This document shows, piece by piece, positions 48,105-59,298 of a stretch of DNA of 64,000 bases. The stretch is from positions 62,001 through 126,000 of the forward strand of contig NIVC01001566.1 in NCBI GenBank assembly GCA_002269645.1. Direction: 5' to 3'. The notes beneath the pieces are model-generated. The model was given only the letters and a program-made list of their open reading frames with translations, searched no databases and was not told the DNA's origin. The translations under genes and the position numbers were made by a program. Every line of letters begins with the position of its first letter. Position 1 is the stretch's first letter. This DNA is from Macrostomum lignano (Eukaryota).

Positions 48105-49060
48105 CTAGTGACCATCTAAATCCGGTGTAGTATTTTTCTCCATGTCCAGTACCTTGGTTACGGCGTCGCTGCACTTCTTTAGCACCTTGTCACGTCTGAT
48201 TGAGAGATATCGGCGAACGGTTTTTTCGCACTTCTGGCCAGTTATCGCCATGATGTCGGCCATGGAATGTCCAGCTGCTTCTAAGTCGCACACCCTGCTG
48301 ACTCTAAAATATTGGGCAAACGGTATTACACAATTGTAAGCATCTTGAGGCATTGCCTAAAGGCTAAATTAAGCTACACCTTTGGCAAAGGAGATTTACC
48401 TGATGCAGTGGTTGGTGTAAACTTTGGATAGCTTGGCCTTCCCACTCAGCGTCTTCATAAAGTTGTTGAGATAGTTTACGCCTCTCTTCTGCTTAGCACA
48501 AAACCGCCGTGCTCCAGTCGGCGAATTTCTTAGCGGTCTTGGGAACAGAGAATTAATTGTCCTTCGTTTCACCAGGCAGGAGAGACAAATACTCATCTAA
48601 TTGCTGTGTCAAATATCCTGGCCTGCTTGATTTCGACGTCTCTTTTGGCTTTCGCCGGATCAGCTGTCCTGTTCTTGGTCTTCGACAATGATAGTGCGTA
48701 GTACATCCTTCCGTCTGAGTCGCTTTTCTTCTCTAACCAATCCTTTGTCTCCAAGCTCGCAAGGTGCTCTGTGCCTCGTTCTCCCAGTCCGTACAGCAGC
48801 CGAAACAGCATCTCGTCCTGTATAACTTCGGCAGTTGAGCGGTCAAAGTAAAGACGCAGCTTTTGCATGTCTCCTTCCTCAATTGGAGGAAATGGTCGAA
48901 CCTGACCTCCTGAGGATTGCCACTCACGGACTTTGAACCGCAGTAGACGATTAGCTCCGGAAAATTCTTCTCCGCTAAGAATGTTAATGTTGAGTCCCGC
49001 AATCATTGTCAAATAGCGTTGGATTCCAGCACGTATGCAGACTATACGCGCACTCGTGAT
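48105..49060 (-). pseudogene. Crypton-type (DUF3504-like) tyrosine recombinase gene, disrupted
   Basis: IRAGIQRYL...INILSGEEFSGANRLL...LGERGTEHL...LFPRP...YTNHCIR|(96-nt GT-AG intron 48304-48399)|VSRVCDLEAAGHSMADIMAITGQKCEKTVRRY. R, H-x-x-R and Y catalytic positions are recognisable; the second His appears as Gln; at least one frameshift near 48590. Confidence 0.72.
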
Positions 49061-49864
49061 CTAGGCGTTGCTGAATTTAGCACACTCGTGCCCCCACCCA
49101 TTATCCTGAGTTCCGACCTTCGTCTAACCACCCATTGATTGAATCTTGAATGTTTCAATCCAAAAAATAGAATCAATTCACGTTGGTGACAATTAATTTT
49201 TAAGACAAGAAAAGCGCTTTGTAAAAACACCATTCCCCTATCCAGTGGTATGATACATAATGCGCGTAACACGTTATATTTCCCATAAAGATGTGATCAT
49301 GTGCCTTGGTTTACGTCCCACGCCCACAGGCCAACACTAACTCGTATAATGCGTTTTGTAAAATTTTGTAAAATTTTGTATAGTCTGGAAAATTATGTCA
49401 TTGATTTTTCACGTGCTTGTCCTTTATAAAATAAAACTTGTTTTTTTGCTGATGAATTCTTATCATGCTTTTAGGTCAACAAGAGTCAAAATTTGCAGTT
49501 ATAACTTGCAAATGCTGAAAATGCAATGCAAACCTACGTCTGCTGCCCTTATAGGCAGAACCGCAAAATTCAACTATATTCTTACTGCAGAATTTGCTGA
49601 GTCACGCTCAACCCTCTGAAGCTCTTTCAGTGCCGGTGTGGAATTCCCTTTTCAGTGTACATTTATCGTTGTACACTGATGGACTGCCGCTATTGGCTGG
49701 CCGCGACAAGCCCCGCACCCCAAAAGATAGACAAACTCTGCCCCCAAACTTTCAGTATTCAGTCTACCCCGCGAAAAGCTCTCTGCCTAAATTAGGACCA
49801 TAGCTCGCGAACTGTTAAAGCATTTCTCTCGTTTCGCCAAACAAGCTTTGCAAGTTGCTAAATC

Positions 49865-50155
49865 ATGCCAGGACCCGCTGCCAGTGCCACGTCTGTCGGT
49901 GCAGGACGGACCCCGTCGAAGGCCGTGTCGCCGCGAGGTGCCGCCGGCGGCGGCGTAAGACAGCGCAAATCTACTGGCAGTTCAACGGCCACGTCAACCA
50001 GGCGATCAACGCAGAACAATGCCAGCATGTGGCGCTTCTACACCGAGGACTCGCCTGGCATCAAGGTCGGCCCCGTCCCAGTCCTAGTCATGAGCCTGCT
50101 ATTCATTGCCAGCGTCTTCATGCTGCACATCTGGGGCAAGTATACCAGGGCTTAA
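49865..50155 (+). CDS. SEC61B: Protein transport protein Sec61 subunit beta, single exon
   Basis: 96 aa; MPGP...VRQRK...[41 protein letters not shown], the Sec61-beta signature. Confidence 0.97.
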   Translation: MPGPAASATSVGAGRTPSKAVSPRGAAGGGVRQRKSTGSSTATSTRRSTQNNASMWRFYTEDSPGIKVGPVPVLVMSLLFIASVFMLHIWGKYTRA

Positions 50156-50959
50156 TTTGGCGCAATCATTCATCATTAATGATCTGCAATTCAGCGGCAG
50201 GGGTTACCTGGTTGCGTCAACTTGGTTACCTGACTTGGTTAGTTTCTCGCGGATGTTGACTATTTTAACAATGCTTTAGTAAAAATTTCTTGTTGTTGCA
50301 TTAGCCATTGCTGAGCTCACACTTACTCAAATTTTCTGAAAGCATATTCTATGAACTGATTTGCATTCATTTCTCGAAATTGTTTTGTTTCTGCTCTGCC
50401 TCTGAGACTGACTCTGTTATATTCATGCAAAACAATGTGGGCTTTGTTGAGCTGAGTTCCTTCTTTGTAATAAATAGGAATTTTAATAAGTCTATTCTAA
50501 ACTAAATGCCCCACCATTGGCATTAGCCTCTTTAAGTTAAGACCATTATTAAAGTACATTACATTTACAAAATCAATTTATTCTTATAAAATTCCTATTA
50601 TGGTCTGTGTCACTGTGTTCCAAATATAGTCCAAGTAAAGCCATTAACTTTTAATATTTAATGTACTAATAAGTCAATAAAAACATCTTGTAAGCCAAGG
50701 TAAATTATAAGTTTTGACTGTTAAAATTATTGCACTATTTGCTCTTTAAATTTACCCTAGAACTGTTGACTATGTTAATGAGCTGTCTTATTCACTATCT
50801 TGTACAAACAGAAGTACATGAATAAATTATACTTAATTAGCAGTGAACTATTAAACTATAAAGTACATTCATCATATTGATCTTTCATTTGTTTTCATTT
50901 ACTTATTTAAATGCTTATCAAGTAATAAAAATCTGTTTTTCTCAATACAGATTCTTTTA

Positions 50960-51280
50960 CCTTCCAGAGAATCCCCTTCTACCTTATAGAGAATCCCCTT
51001 TTACCCTGTAGAGAATACTCTTCTACCCTGTAGAGAATCCCCATTTACTCTGTAGAGAATCCCCCTTTACCCTGTAAAGAATCCCCTTCTACCCTATAGA
51101 GAATCCCCTTTGACCTTGTAGAGAATCCCCCTTTACCCTGTAGAGAATCCCCCTTTACCCTGTAGAGAATCCCCCTTTACCGTGTAGAGAATCCCCCTTT
51201 ACCCTGTAGATAATCCCCCTTTACCCTGTAGAGAATCCCCCTTTACCCTGTAGAGAATCCCCCTTTACCCTGTAGATCAG
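50960..51280. repeat. ~22-bp minisatellite (CCCTGTAGAGAATCCCCCTTTA)n
   Basis: About 14 tandem copies. Confidence 0.92.
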
Positions 51281-52029
51281 AGAACCATCTTTGACCATGT
51301 AGAGAGATCTCTTTTACCCTGTTGTGAATCCACTTTTACCATACCATGTACAGAATCCCCTTGAATAATTCATGAAGATAGTCCTTCTTTTACCCAGTCT
51401 ATAGTATCTCTATACCCTGGACAATCTCCCTTATCCATTCGAGTCAAGAATCTTTTTTTGTATGCATTAGAGACTTTCATCACGCAACTATAACATCGCT
51501 ATTGCATAGAAAGTTAGAAAAAAGTTATAGCATATATTTTCGCTCCTCCTACTGAACAGTAGTGATAGTGGGCTGCTACAAATTTTACGAGCAAACAAAC
51601 ATTTTCGTGTTGAAAATAAACATGTAAACTTTGAAAAAATATAGCTGAACATACAGTACTCTTGTGAAATGCAATGTGTGTGCATGTGCGAGCTTATGGA
51701 TCTGAATGCAGTACATGCACATCACATAAACCGCAACATAATGCAGGTTGTTGCTTGTAAGCTTGTGTAACTTTAATAGCACGCAGCAAATAGTTCTTTG
51801 ACAAAAACTATGGACTTTACTAATCACAATAATTCCGATGAACTTAATCCTAAAAGAACCAATTTGATCAATGGGAGCATCTCCGCTTGCATGTACTTTT
51901 ACTTGCATACTGTACCGGTACATGTAGACAACAACAACAAAATACGTTGTCAGCCGGTCAAGCGAGAGTCAGTCATGAGAGGAAAGGGCAGAGTCACAGA
52001 GCACGTTTCAGGGCCTAGGCGTAAACGTT

Positions 52030-54497
52030 AGGCCGCACCACCGGCAGTGTCCGGGGCGTCGGCATCAGCCAGCAGGCAGTCGACGAAATGCCCAGTGCAC
52101 GCTCCTGTCCCCGCTTACCTGCACCGTCTGCGGACAGTAAGACGACTCGGCGCGGATGATACCGCCTGCCAGCTGGAATCGCCGACGGCGCAACAGTTCG
52201 CTGGGAATTGGGATAGGCTGGTGCGGCGATAGAGTGCCGCATTGGTGAGGTGCTCGCTGGGACTGCAGGACAGCCCTCACAGAACGGAAAGCAGCCCAGG
52301 CAAGTCTGCGGCGACTTCACAGATCCTCGGGAACGTCAGGGCACCAGACCGCCGAGGAAATTAAAACGAACTGCTGACAGTAAGTGTGGAAGCTTCCTCA
52401 CCTTCGGGAAACCATCAGCGTCTCAGCAGAAAATCGCAGCCTCGATGTCTATAGCTGGCGCGCGCAAAGCACGACGGTCTTCTGAGTGTTGAACCACCAG
52501 GCCGACGATCGCCGCAAAGCTTACCCTGCCTGTCTAGCTGGCGCTGGGCGCCCTCGACGGTCGAGGACAGCAGGGCGAGATCATCAGCGTAGCCACGCAC
52601 GCTATAAGCCGCCTCTCTGGTTGGCGTCAACCCACGCGTCTCTGCAGCAGGAATAGGTCGTCGTCATCAGAGGGAAGAGTGGTCCACAGCTCTTCAAGGC
52701 CGTCCGGTGTCAACAGAACCCATGCAGTCAAGCACCAGGAAGAACAGGAGCGGCCCAAGCGCAGCTCCTTGAAGCACCTCAGAGGATGTCTCAAAGACAT
52801 CCGACAGGCCGTCCGGTGTCAACATGCAGCAGCGCTCCGTGTCATGATATTGCGCCATGACGGCGGAAATCAGCTGCTCTGGTACGTTGTACGCACAAAT
52901 CACCATTGGGAGCACGGCCCTCACAACCGAGTCAAAAGCCTTTCCCGAAGTCAATAAAGAGAGCAATAGGGTTCGACTGCGCTTAATTCCTCGATGATTT
53001 GGCGAAGAGCCAGGATCTGCGCCACTGTGCCGCGATGGTGCCGGAACCCGTTCTGCTCAGGCCGCAAATACGGATCCAGCTGCAACCGCGATACCAGCAT
53101 CCGATTAAACAGCTTCGGAGCGCAGGACTGCAGGCGGATGCCTTGGTGCTCTTCAAGCCGTGTGGTGTCCGGCGTCTTCAGAATAGCGACGATTTTCGCC
53201 GTGGTCCACTTTTTGGGTGTTGCCTCACCGAAAAGCACTAGGTTCATCACACTGGCGACCTCGCTGGCCACACAGTGGAGTCGCAGCACCTTGATGTTTA
53301 CCTCGTCCGGACCCAGCGCTTTTGCCGCCCGGAGTCTTTAGGGCGAGCATCACAACGTCGGATGTGTTGGCTGGGGCTACGCTCGTACATTGAAGCTCTT
53401 CTCTGCTGGCAAAAGCAGCTTCAGATCGCTTGGCAGCGCGGAGGCGGCGGCGAGTTGACAATGGCGGCGAAGGACTCGCGCAGCACATTTCTGTGCTCAT
53501 CCGGAGTGTCGCCAGCCAGATTGAGCGGGATGTGCCAGAGCCTCCTCCGCCTCGCGAGTTGGCCGAGTGCTCAGACGGAGCAGCTCTCCAGCTCTGCCCT
53601 CGATTTCTGAATCGCAGGGTTCTCCTGTCTGGCCGGCTGCCTACGTTCGGCCGGTCGCATCAGCGGAACTGCTTGCTTCGTCGCGGCTCTAACCGCGGAA
53701 CAATTACCTCCGTGCAGTCGGCGCGCCCGCACCTGTCGCCAAGCGCGCTGACAAAGGCGCTAGCAAAATAACTACGCGTCTGGGTGTCCTTGAGTGCATG
53801 CACGGTAGTAGCGCCGCGGTTGCCACTTCGGCGGACGGTAGAGCAGATCACATACACACAGAATGAAGACGTGGAGCCGATGGTCGGACCAGAGAGCTAG
53901 CATGCGTGATGGTGCGGCTGTCGACGGCGCGGCGGGGCTCGCGAAGACGCACAAGCACGTAATTGAGCTGTGCCTGCCTCCGCGTCGCATTTCATTGCCC
54001 CGCTTGCAGCCCACGAGGGTCGCGAGCCTGCCGGGTGGCTTGCAGAAGTGGGTGTTGGCCGACACTATGTCCTGCCTCTCCAGGAAGTCCCCCAGCGCTC
54101 CGGTGATGTCGTTCTCGCCCGGTGTCACCAACAGCGACCTCTCAGACCTACGCAAAACTGCGTTCAGGTCTGAATGGACGATCATTGTGTTCACGCTGCG
54201 CCGTCTCCTTCCCCTGCGCTGCGCCGCGCCCAGGTCCTCACAATGAATTCCCGGGTCGGCCCTGATGGACACCTCAATTGCAGTGCGATAACGTTCGCAG
54301 CTTAAGTCAAGCGCTACCATATGTAGCTGCGCCAGCAGCCCTCTCCACCAAAGCGGCCTTGAGAGTGCGGCAGTTCAGCGTCCCGAACTGAAGTGTGCCC
54401 TGTGGTACGGTTCAGCCTCATGTTCCCTGGCGCCATCCAGAATATCCGCATGGGCCAGCAGCAACTCGGCGGGCAGCACCTTGCCGACCTCGTCAGT
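52030..54497 (-). mobile_element. Decayed RTE-like non-LTR retrotransposon (AP endonuclease + RT), many frameshifts
   Basis: Fragments FGTLNCRTL, HSDLNA, EQNGFRHHRGTVAQILALRQIIE, KAFDSV, VLQGAALGPLLF and YADDLALLS in different frames. Ends approximate. Confidence 0.85.
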
Positions 54498-54789
54498 GCA
54501 AATAGAAGTTTACAACATACTTACTTATAGAGTAAGTCTGGAACATAGACTATTGTCATGTAAAGGTAACGTGAAGGAGTCCTCAAGTATGCTCTTAAAG
54601 CCAAACATTATAACCTCTCTCTCACACTAGTGAAGGAACAGAAAAAGGAAAAAATCCCCAAGATCCCCTAGGAACTTTGGCTTAAAGTAAGCCACTCTGG
54701 GGCGAGTCTAATGACTCTTTCGGGACCGTATAACCCGTATAAAACGAAACGGTCACAAAAAGGGGCTGTTACCGTGTTTTTTACCGTTA

Positions 54790-55500
54790 CGGTCACCAGT
54801 TACCATTTTTTACCGTATTTGTGACTGTTTAGTTCAGGGTCACCAGGTGACTGTTCAATGTTACCGTACTTTGTGACCGTTTTGTTTAGGGTAACCCTGT
54901 GACTGTTCATAGTTACCGTATTTTGTGACCGTTTTGTTTAGGGTCACATGTTACCGATCAATGTTACCGTATTTTGTGACCGTTTTGTTTAGGGTAACCA
55001 TGTGACCGTTCAATGTGACCGTATTTTGTGACCGTTTGTTCAGGGTCACATGTTACCGATCAATGTAACCGTATTTTGTGACCGTTTTGTTTAGGGTAAC
55101 CATGTGACCGTTCAATGTGACCGTATTTTGTGACCGTTTTGTTTAGGGTCACATGTTACCGATCAATGTGACCGTATTTTGTGACCGTTTTGTTTAGGGT
55201 AACCATGTGACCGTTCAATGTGACCGTATTTTGTGACCGTTTGTTCAGGGTCACATGTTACCGATCAATGTGACCGTATTTTGTGACCGTTTGTTTAGGG
55301 TCACATGTTACCGATCAATGTGACCGTATTTTGTGACCGTTTTGTTTAGGGTCACATGTTACCGATCAATGTGACCGTATTTTGTGACAGTTTTGTTTAG
55401 GGTCACATGTTACCGATCAATGTGACCGTATTTTGTGACCGTTTTGTTTAGGGTAACCATGTTACCGATCAATGTTACCGTATTTTGTGACCGTTTTGTT
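54790..55500. repeat. Left subterminal array, 50/51-bp units rich in GTGACCGT
   Basis: Unit GTGACCGTATTTTGTGACCGTTTTGTTTAGGGTCACATGTTACCGATCAAT, about 14 copies. Confidence 0.95.
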
Positions 55501-55877
55501 CTGTTGTGGAGTTTACTACTTGTCGCTTTCTACCAACTGTTGTCGTCTTCACTGCATAATAGGCTGCTACTATGTTGCTTAATTTGAGTGCGGCGTGACG
55601 CACGTGTTATTGTTGCCTGAATTTTTACTTTACAATTTTACAGAGTAGCCTCTCCTGAAATAGGTCACATGGATACCCAGTTATATATAGTTAGGTATGG
55701 ACAAGTGATAGTTATGAATAGGGAAGCAAATTTATTACCTATGCCCAGGGATACGTTCTCTTTCAAATCAGTATATAAGGAGAAGTGACGGTAACCCACG
55801 AAGCAACTGACTAATTTCTCATGAACGTTTGCCACTTTTGCAGAGGATAAGAATCATTAAGAACAAAAATCTCTATC

Positions 55878-56552
55878 ATGGAAGACCAGCAACGCCGCGC
55901 CATTATGAATCGTTTAAGAGTGAAACGATTTCGAGAACGCAAGACAGTGCAGCTTCTATTTCAAAGGCGACAACAGTGGTTGCAATCTGGAACGACTGCA
56001 ATGGGCGCCGCCATTGGAAATCCACAGACGAATCGTGGTAATAAGCGCCGTCATCCAGACGACGACATCGGTAGCGAAGGTACTCCACAACCGCCATCTA
56101 CCGGCGAAGCTACTTCACAACCGCCATCTACCGGCGAAGCCTCCACCAGCGAAACTGCCAGTGAAGCCGGCGATGCCAGCGAAGCTACCGAAAGCTCTGC
56201 CAGCGAAACTGCCAGTGAAGCCGGCGATGCCAGCGAAGCTACCGAAAGCTCTGCCAGCGAAACTGCCAGTGAAGCCGGCGATGCCAGCGAAGCTACCGAA
56301 AGCTCTGCCAGCGAAACTGCCAGTGAAGCCGGCGATGCCAGCAAAGCTACCGAAAGCTCTGCCAGCGAAACTGCCAGTGAAGCCGGCGATGCCAGCGAAG
56401 CTACCGAAAGCTCTGCCAGCCAAGCACCTAGCGACGATGCCGAATACAGCGATGACGGTGACGGCGATGATTATGATTCAGACGACGCTAAACTGCGTAA
56501 CTTTTGCCAGTTGGCCGCCTATCCTGGCGCTACTGTCCGGCGCAGCAAATAG
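55878..56552 (+). CDS. Unknown protein (cargo ORF A): basic N-terminus, 54-nt acidic Ser/Glu/Thr repeats
   Basis: 224-aa ATG ORF with RLRVKRFRERK and NKRRH basic motifs and five 18-aa repeats. The true C-terminus is uncertain because an overlapping +1 frame stays open to 56997. Confidence 0.5.
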   Translation: MEDQQRRAIMNRLRVKRFRERKTVQLLFQRRQQWLQSGTTAMGAAIGNPQTNRGNKRRHPDDDIGSEGTPQPPSTGEATSQPPSTGEASTSETASEAGDASEATESSASETASEAGDASEATESSASETASEAGDASEATESSASETASEAGDASKATESSASETASEAGDASEATESSASQAPSDDAEYSDDGDGDDYDSDDAKLRNFCQLAAYPGATVRRSK

Positions 56553-56626
56553 TGCGGCATCGGTTTGTCCATCGTGTGCACCACTGTGCGCCAATGGCTT
56601 TAACTGGCCAGCAGCCTGGATCGACA

Positions 56627-56997
56627 TGGCGTCAGACAAAGCTGCAGAAAAAGCTGTGGTGGTCGACATGCTGCAGCGAGTGGCCAAGCAGCTACCGGCA
56701 CGGGCCGAGGAGCCCAGCAAGATACACCGCTGCCGCATTGTCATCACGACAATGATTGCGTACCTGGCGCAACAAAGATCAAAAGGCGCCAGCCATGGTG
56801 ACACGCCCGCTGAGGCGCAAAAGGCAATGGCCAACTGCCTGCGCATGATGTGCGATCGATATGGCCAAACTGTACTGGAGTCCGGCGAGGCGGTGCAACG
56901 GTCCGCCAACGGGCCGCCGGTCGCCGTAGTGTACGGCAAAGCGGCGTGGTTTCGCGAGATGTCTCGGGCGGAGGCCAGCTTTTGGAAGGCCGCCTAG
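56627..56997 (+). CDS. Unknown predicted helical protein or C-terminal part of ORF A (MASDKAAEK...FWKAA)
   Basis: Non-repetitive, coding-like portion of ORF 56014-56997. No family recognised. Confidence 0.4.
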
Positions 56998-58087
56998 ACC
57001 GCCCGCGTCGTGCCGGAGCCCGAGCCGCTGTCCGCTCGCCGTTATAGGCCGCGTGGTGGTCGCTCTACCCGCCTGCGGCGATTGTTCACCGCCATGGCTG
57101 CACTACTGCATAGCCGACCGGTCTGCGCCTTCGGCATGGCGGACGCCACTTTGGCAATTTTACTGCAGTATTGGGACATGTCCAGTTAGACCTATATAGG
57201 TGAAATTTCAAAGAGCATCCGAGGTGTGGCCAAAAGTTAACGAGAATGTAGAATTGAACGTCTCGAATATTAAACTTAAAAAACAAAATAATTGCCTAGA
57301 ATAGTAGCATCATCTCTATAATACACTTCATGAAACAGCCATTGGCTTTTTAATTAAATAATACATCGTAAATAGTAATAATAAATAAAATTAAATAAAT
57401 GAATAAAATAATATTAGTAAATAGTAAATAGTACTTAAATAGTTCCAACTGTTCAATAACACATTCACGTTACACTTTTGGCCACGTCTCGTAGTTTAAC
57501 GGCCAGCCAACACAGCTGCATTTATTTTGCCAGCGCCATTTATTTTGGCGATGACGCATTAATGCGCAGATATTTTTCTACCGCTGCCGCTTGACAGTCT
57601 ACGCCTGTTAAGTCGTCAGCGTATGTTATTTATATATATGGCCATATATGGCAATGACGCATTAATGCGCAAATATTTTTCTTCCACAGCTTTTATTGTT
57701 CTTTCACACTATGTTCTTCCAATTATTAACCTAAGTAGTACTAATACTACCGTGTATGTACTGTGTGTTGCAATTAATATTCATAATTCTACTACTACTA
57801 CTAATAATAATACATATAGCCCGGTGGCCGCAAGGTTGCTGCAAGTTATGCGGCGCCTATTTTGGTCAATTCTTTACTATTACTCTGGTCACAGCTGCAG
57901 TGTGTGTGTGTGTTGCCTCCTTTGGAGTAACTAATATAAGCGTACAGGAAATATGCAGACTCTTCCCTATAGCCCGTTTGCGTACGCAGCTGTTGCTTTC
58001 ATTCTGATCTGAAGCTTCAAAATTTTAAACTTTTTGCATCTTAACGCCTTGCAGCTCCGTACCTGTCCGAGTTTCTTCCCATCGTCG

Positions 58088-58882
58088 ATGTCGGATCACT
58101 GGTCTCACGCCGCAACATGCGAAATCTGCAAAGCGCTGGTTCACGAGAACTGGGCCTTGAGAGCGGAGGTGGAGCGCCTGCGTAGCGGACGACCGGGTTC
58201 GCCTGTGTTCGATACCAGCCGCAACGTGCGCTTCCATCGGGCTATCGTGCGTTCAGATGTAGTGCCCAGCACTCAAGTGACAAAGTCCGCATGGCCGTTC
58301 AAGGACACTCGCTACAGCGATATTGCCGCCAACCAGGCGCGTGACTGTGCGCAAGTCTGCGAATCGGAGACTATGGGCCCCGAGAGTCTGCATCACTGGT
58401 ACGCCGACAACCAGGCGAGTCGGCGTCAGCTGAATCAGCCGGCCGCGCAGCTGGACAGTGAGGATGAGCAGCAGTCGCGTGACGGGCCTTTGGCAATGTC
58501 CACTGAAGCCATTCAAACCGGACCGGCTCAAATGGTGTTGTCGGACAGTTTCATAGCAGACTATAACCGACTGCCTGAGGCGAGGATTCCGCAAAACTGC
58601 GTTTTTAAGGCTCGAAAGCGGGATGAGCGCATGCAGCTCGAAGCGCACTGCTGCGTTCAATGCGAGGGTTGGTTTGCCAACCTATCGCCGGAGACGAAGA
58701 GGAAACGCCTGCAGGCGGCTGGCCGTCATCGGTCCAACCAACCGAGGCCAAACTACGACCCCAATTTTTTCCGCATAGAAATGCCGGACACACCCCCAGA
58801 GGCACCAATCGATGCGATGAAAGTTGGTAAGCGTCGTCGCAAACCTCTACAACTAAGAGGTCCGGAACCTCGCAATAATTAG
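58088..58882 (+). CDS. RBBP8: Miniature CtIP/Sae2/Ctp1-like protein (cargo ORF B, 264 aa from first ATG)
   Basis: C-terminus ARKRDERMQLEAHCCVQCEGWFANLSPETKRKRLQAAGRHRSNQPRPNYDPNFFRIEMPDTP aligns without gaps to the recalled human CtIP Sae2 domain ([21 protein letters not shown]...CSRHRF...PPNTPENFWEVGFPST). N-terminal CEIC + coiled coil; AATAAA at 58886. The symbol marks a homologue, not proven orthology. Confidence 0.82.
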   Translation: MSDHWSHAATCEICKALVHENWALRAEVERLRSGRPGSPVFDTSRNVRFHRAIVRSDVVPSTQVTKSAWPFKDTRYSDIAANQARDCAQVCESETMGPESLHHWYADNQASRRQLNQPAAQLDSEDEQQSRDGPLAMSTEAIQTGPAQMVLSDSFIADYNRLPEARIPQNCVFKARKRDERMQLEAHCCVQCEGWFANLSPETKRKRLQAAGRHRSNQPRPNYDPNFFRIEMPDTPPEAPIDAMKVGKRRRKPLQLRGPEPRNN

Positions 58883-59298
58883 ACAAATAAAGTGATGAAG
58901 GACTGCGCTACATCACTAAATTTCTAACCGTACTTAAAAACCGCACGTCTGCTATGTGTTTTGGTATAAAACTTTTTCTCGCTCACGACTGCGCTACATC
59001 ACTAAATTATTACTAACGGTATTTTAAACCGTCCGACATACGTCTGTCAAGCCGTTGTTCCATTCATTTCAAATGTACCATTGATCACCTTTAATCTTAG
59101 TACCTTGTGTAAAACACGGACTAACACTAAACTATAGTTAAACTAAACTAAACTAGCTAGTACTAGTACCTGCACGCTAAACACGGACTAACACTAAACT
59201 AGCAGCTGCACGTTTTTTCTACTATATCTGTACTTTGTAACACTCAGATTAAACTACATCCTCATTTGCAGCACTGCAGTATTACAATAGAAACCAAA

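Larger units (their letters stand above)
27420..48108 (+). mobile_element. Head-to-tail array of non-autonomous Helitron-like modules
   Basis: Repeated junction of hairpin CTCCTCC-GAA-GGAGGAG + TTCCA-CTCG|TC(T)ATATACTAAA at 29324/5, 31804/5 and 37155/6, with variants at 34516/7, 38921/2 and 42389/90 (hairpin truncated). 5' ends are followed by (GTCT)n, (GT)n or (GCTT)n microsatellites. Terminal hairpin 48080-48096 + CTAG|T at 48105-48109. No Rep/helicase ORF; left boundary approximate. Confidence 0.68.
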
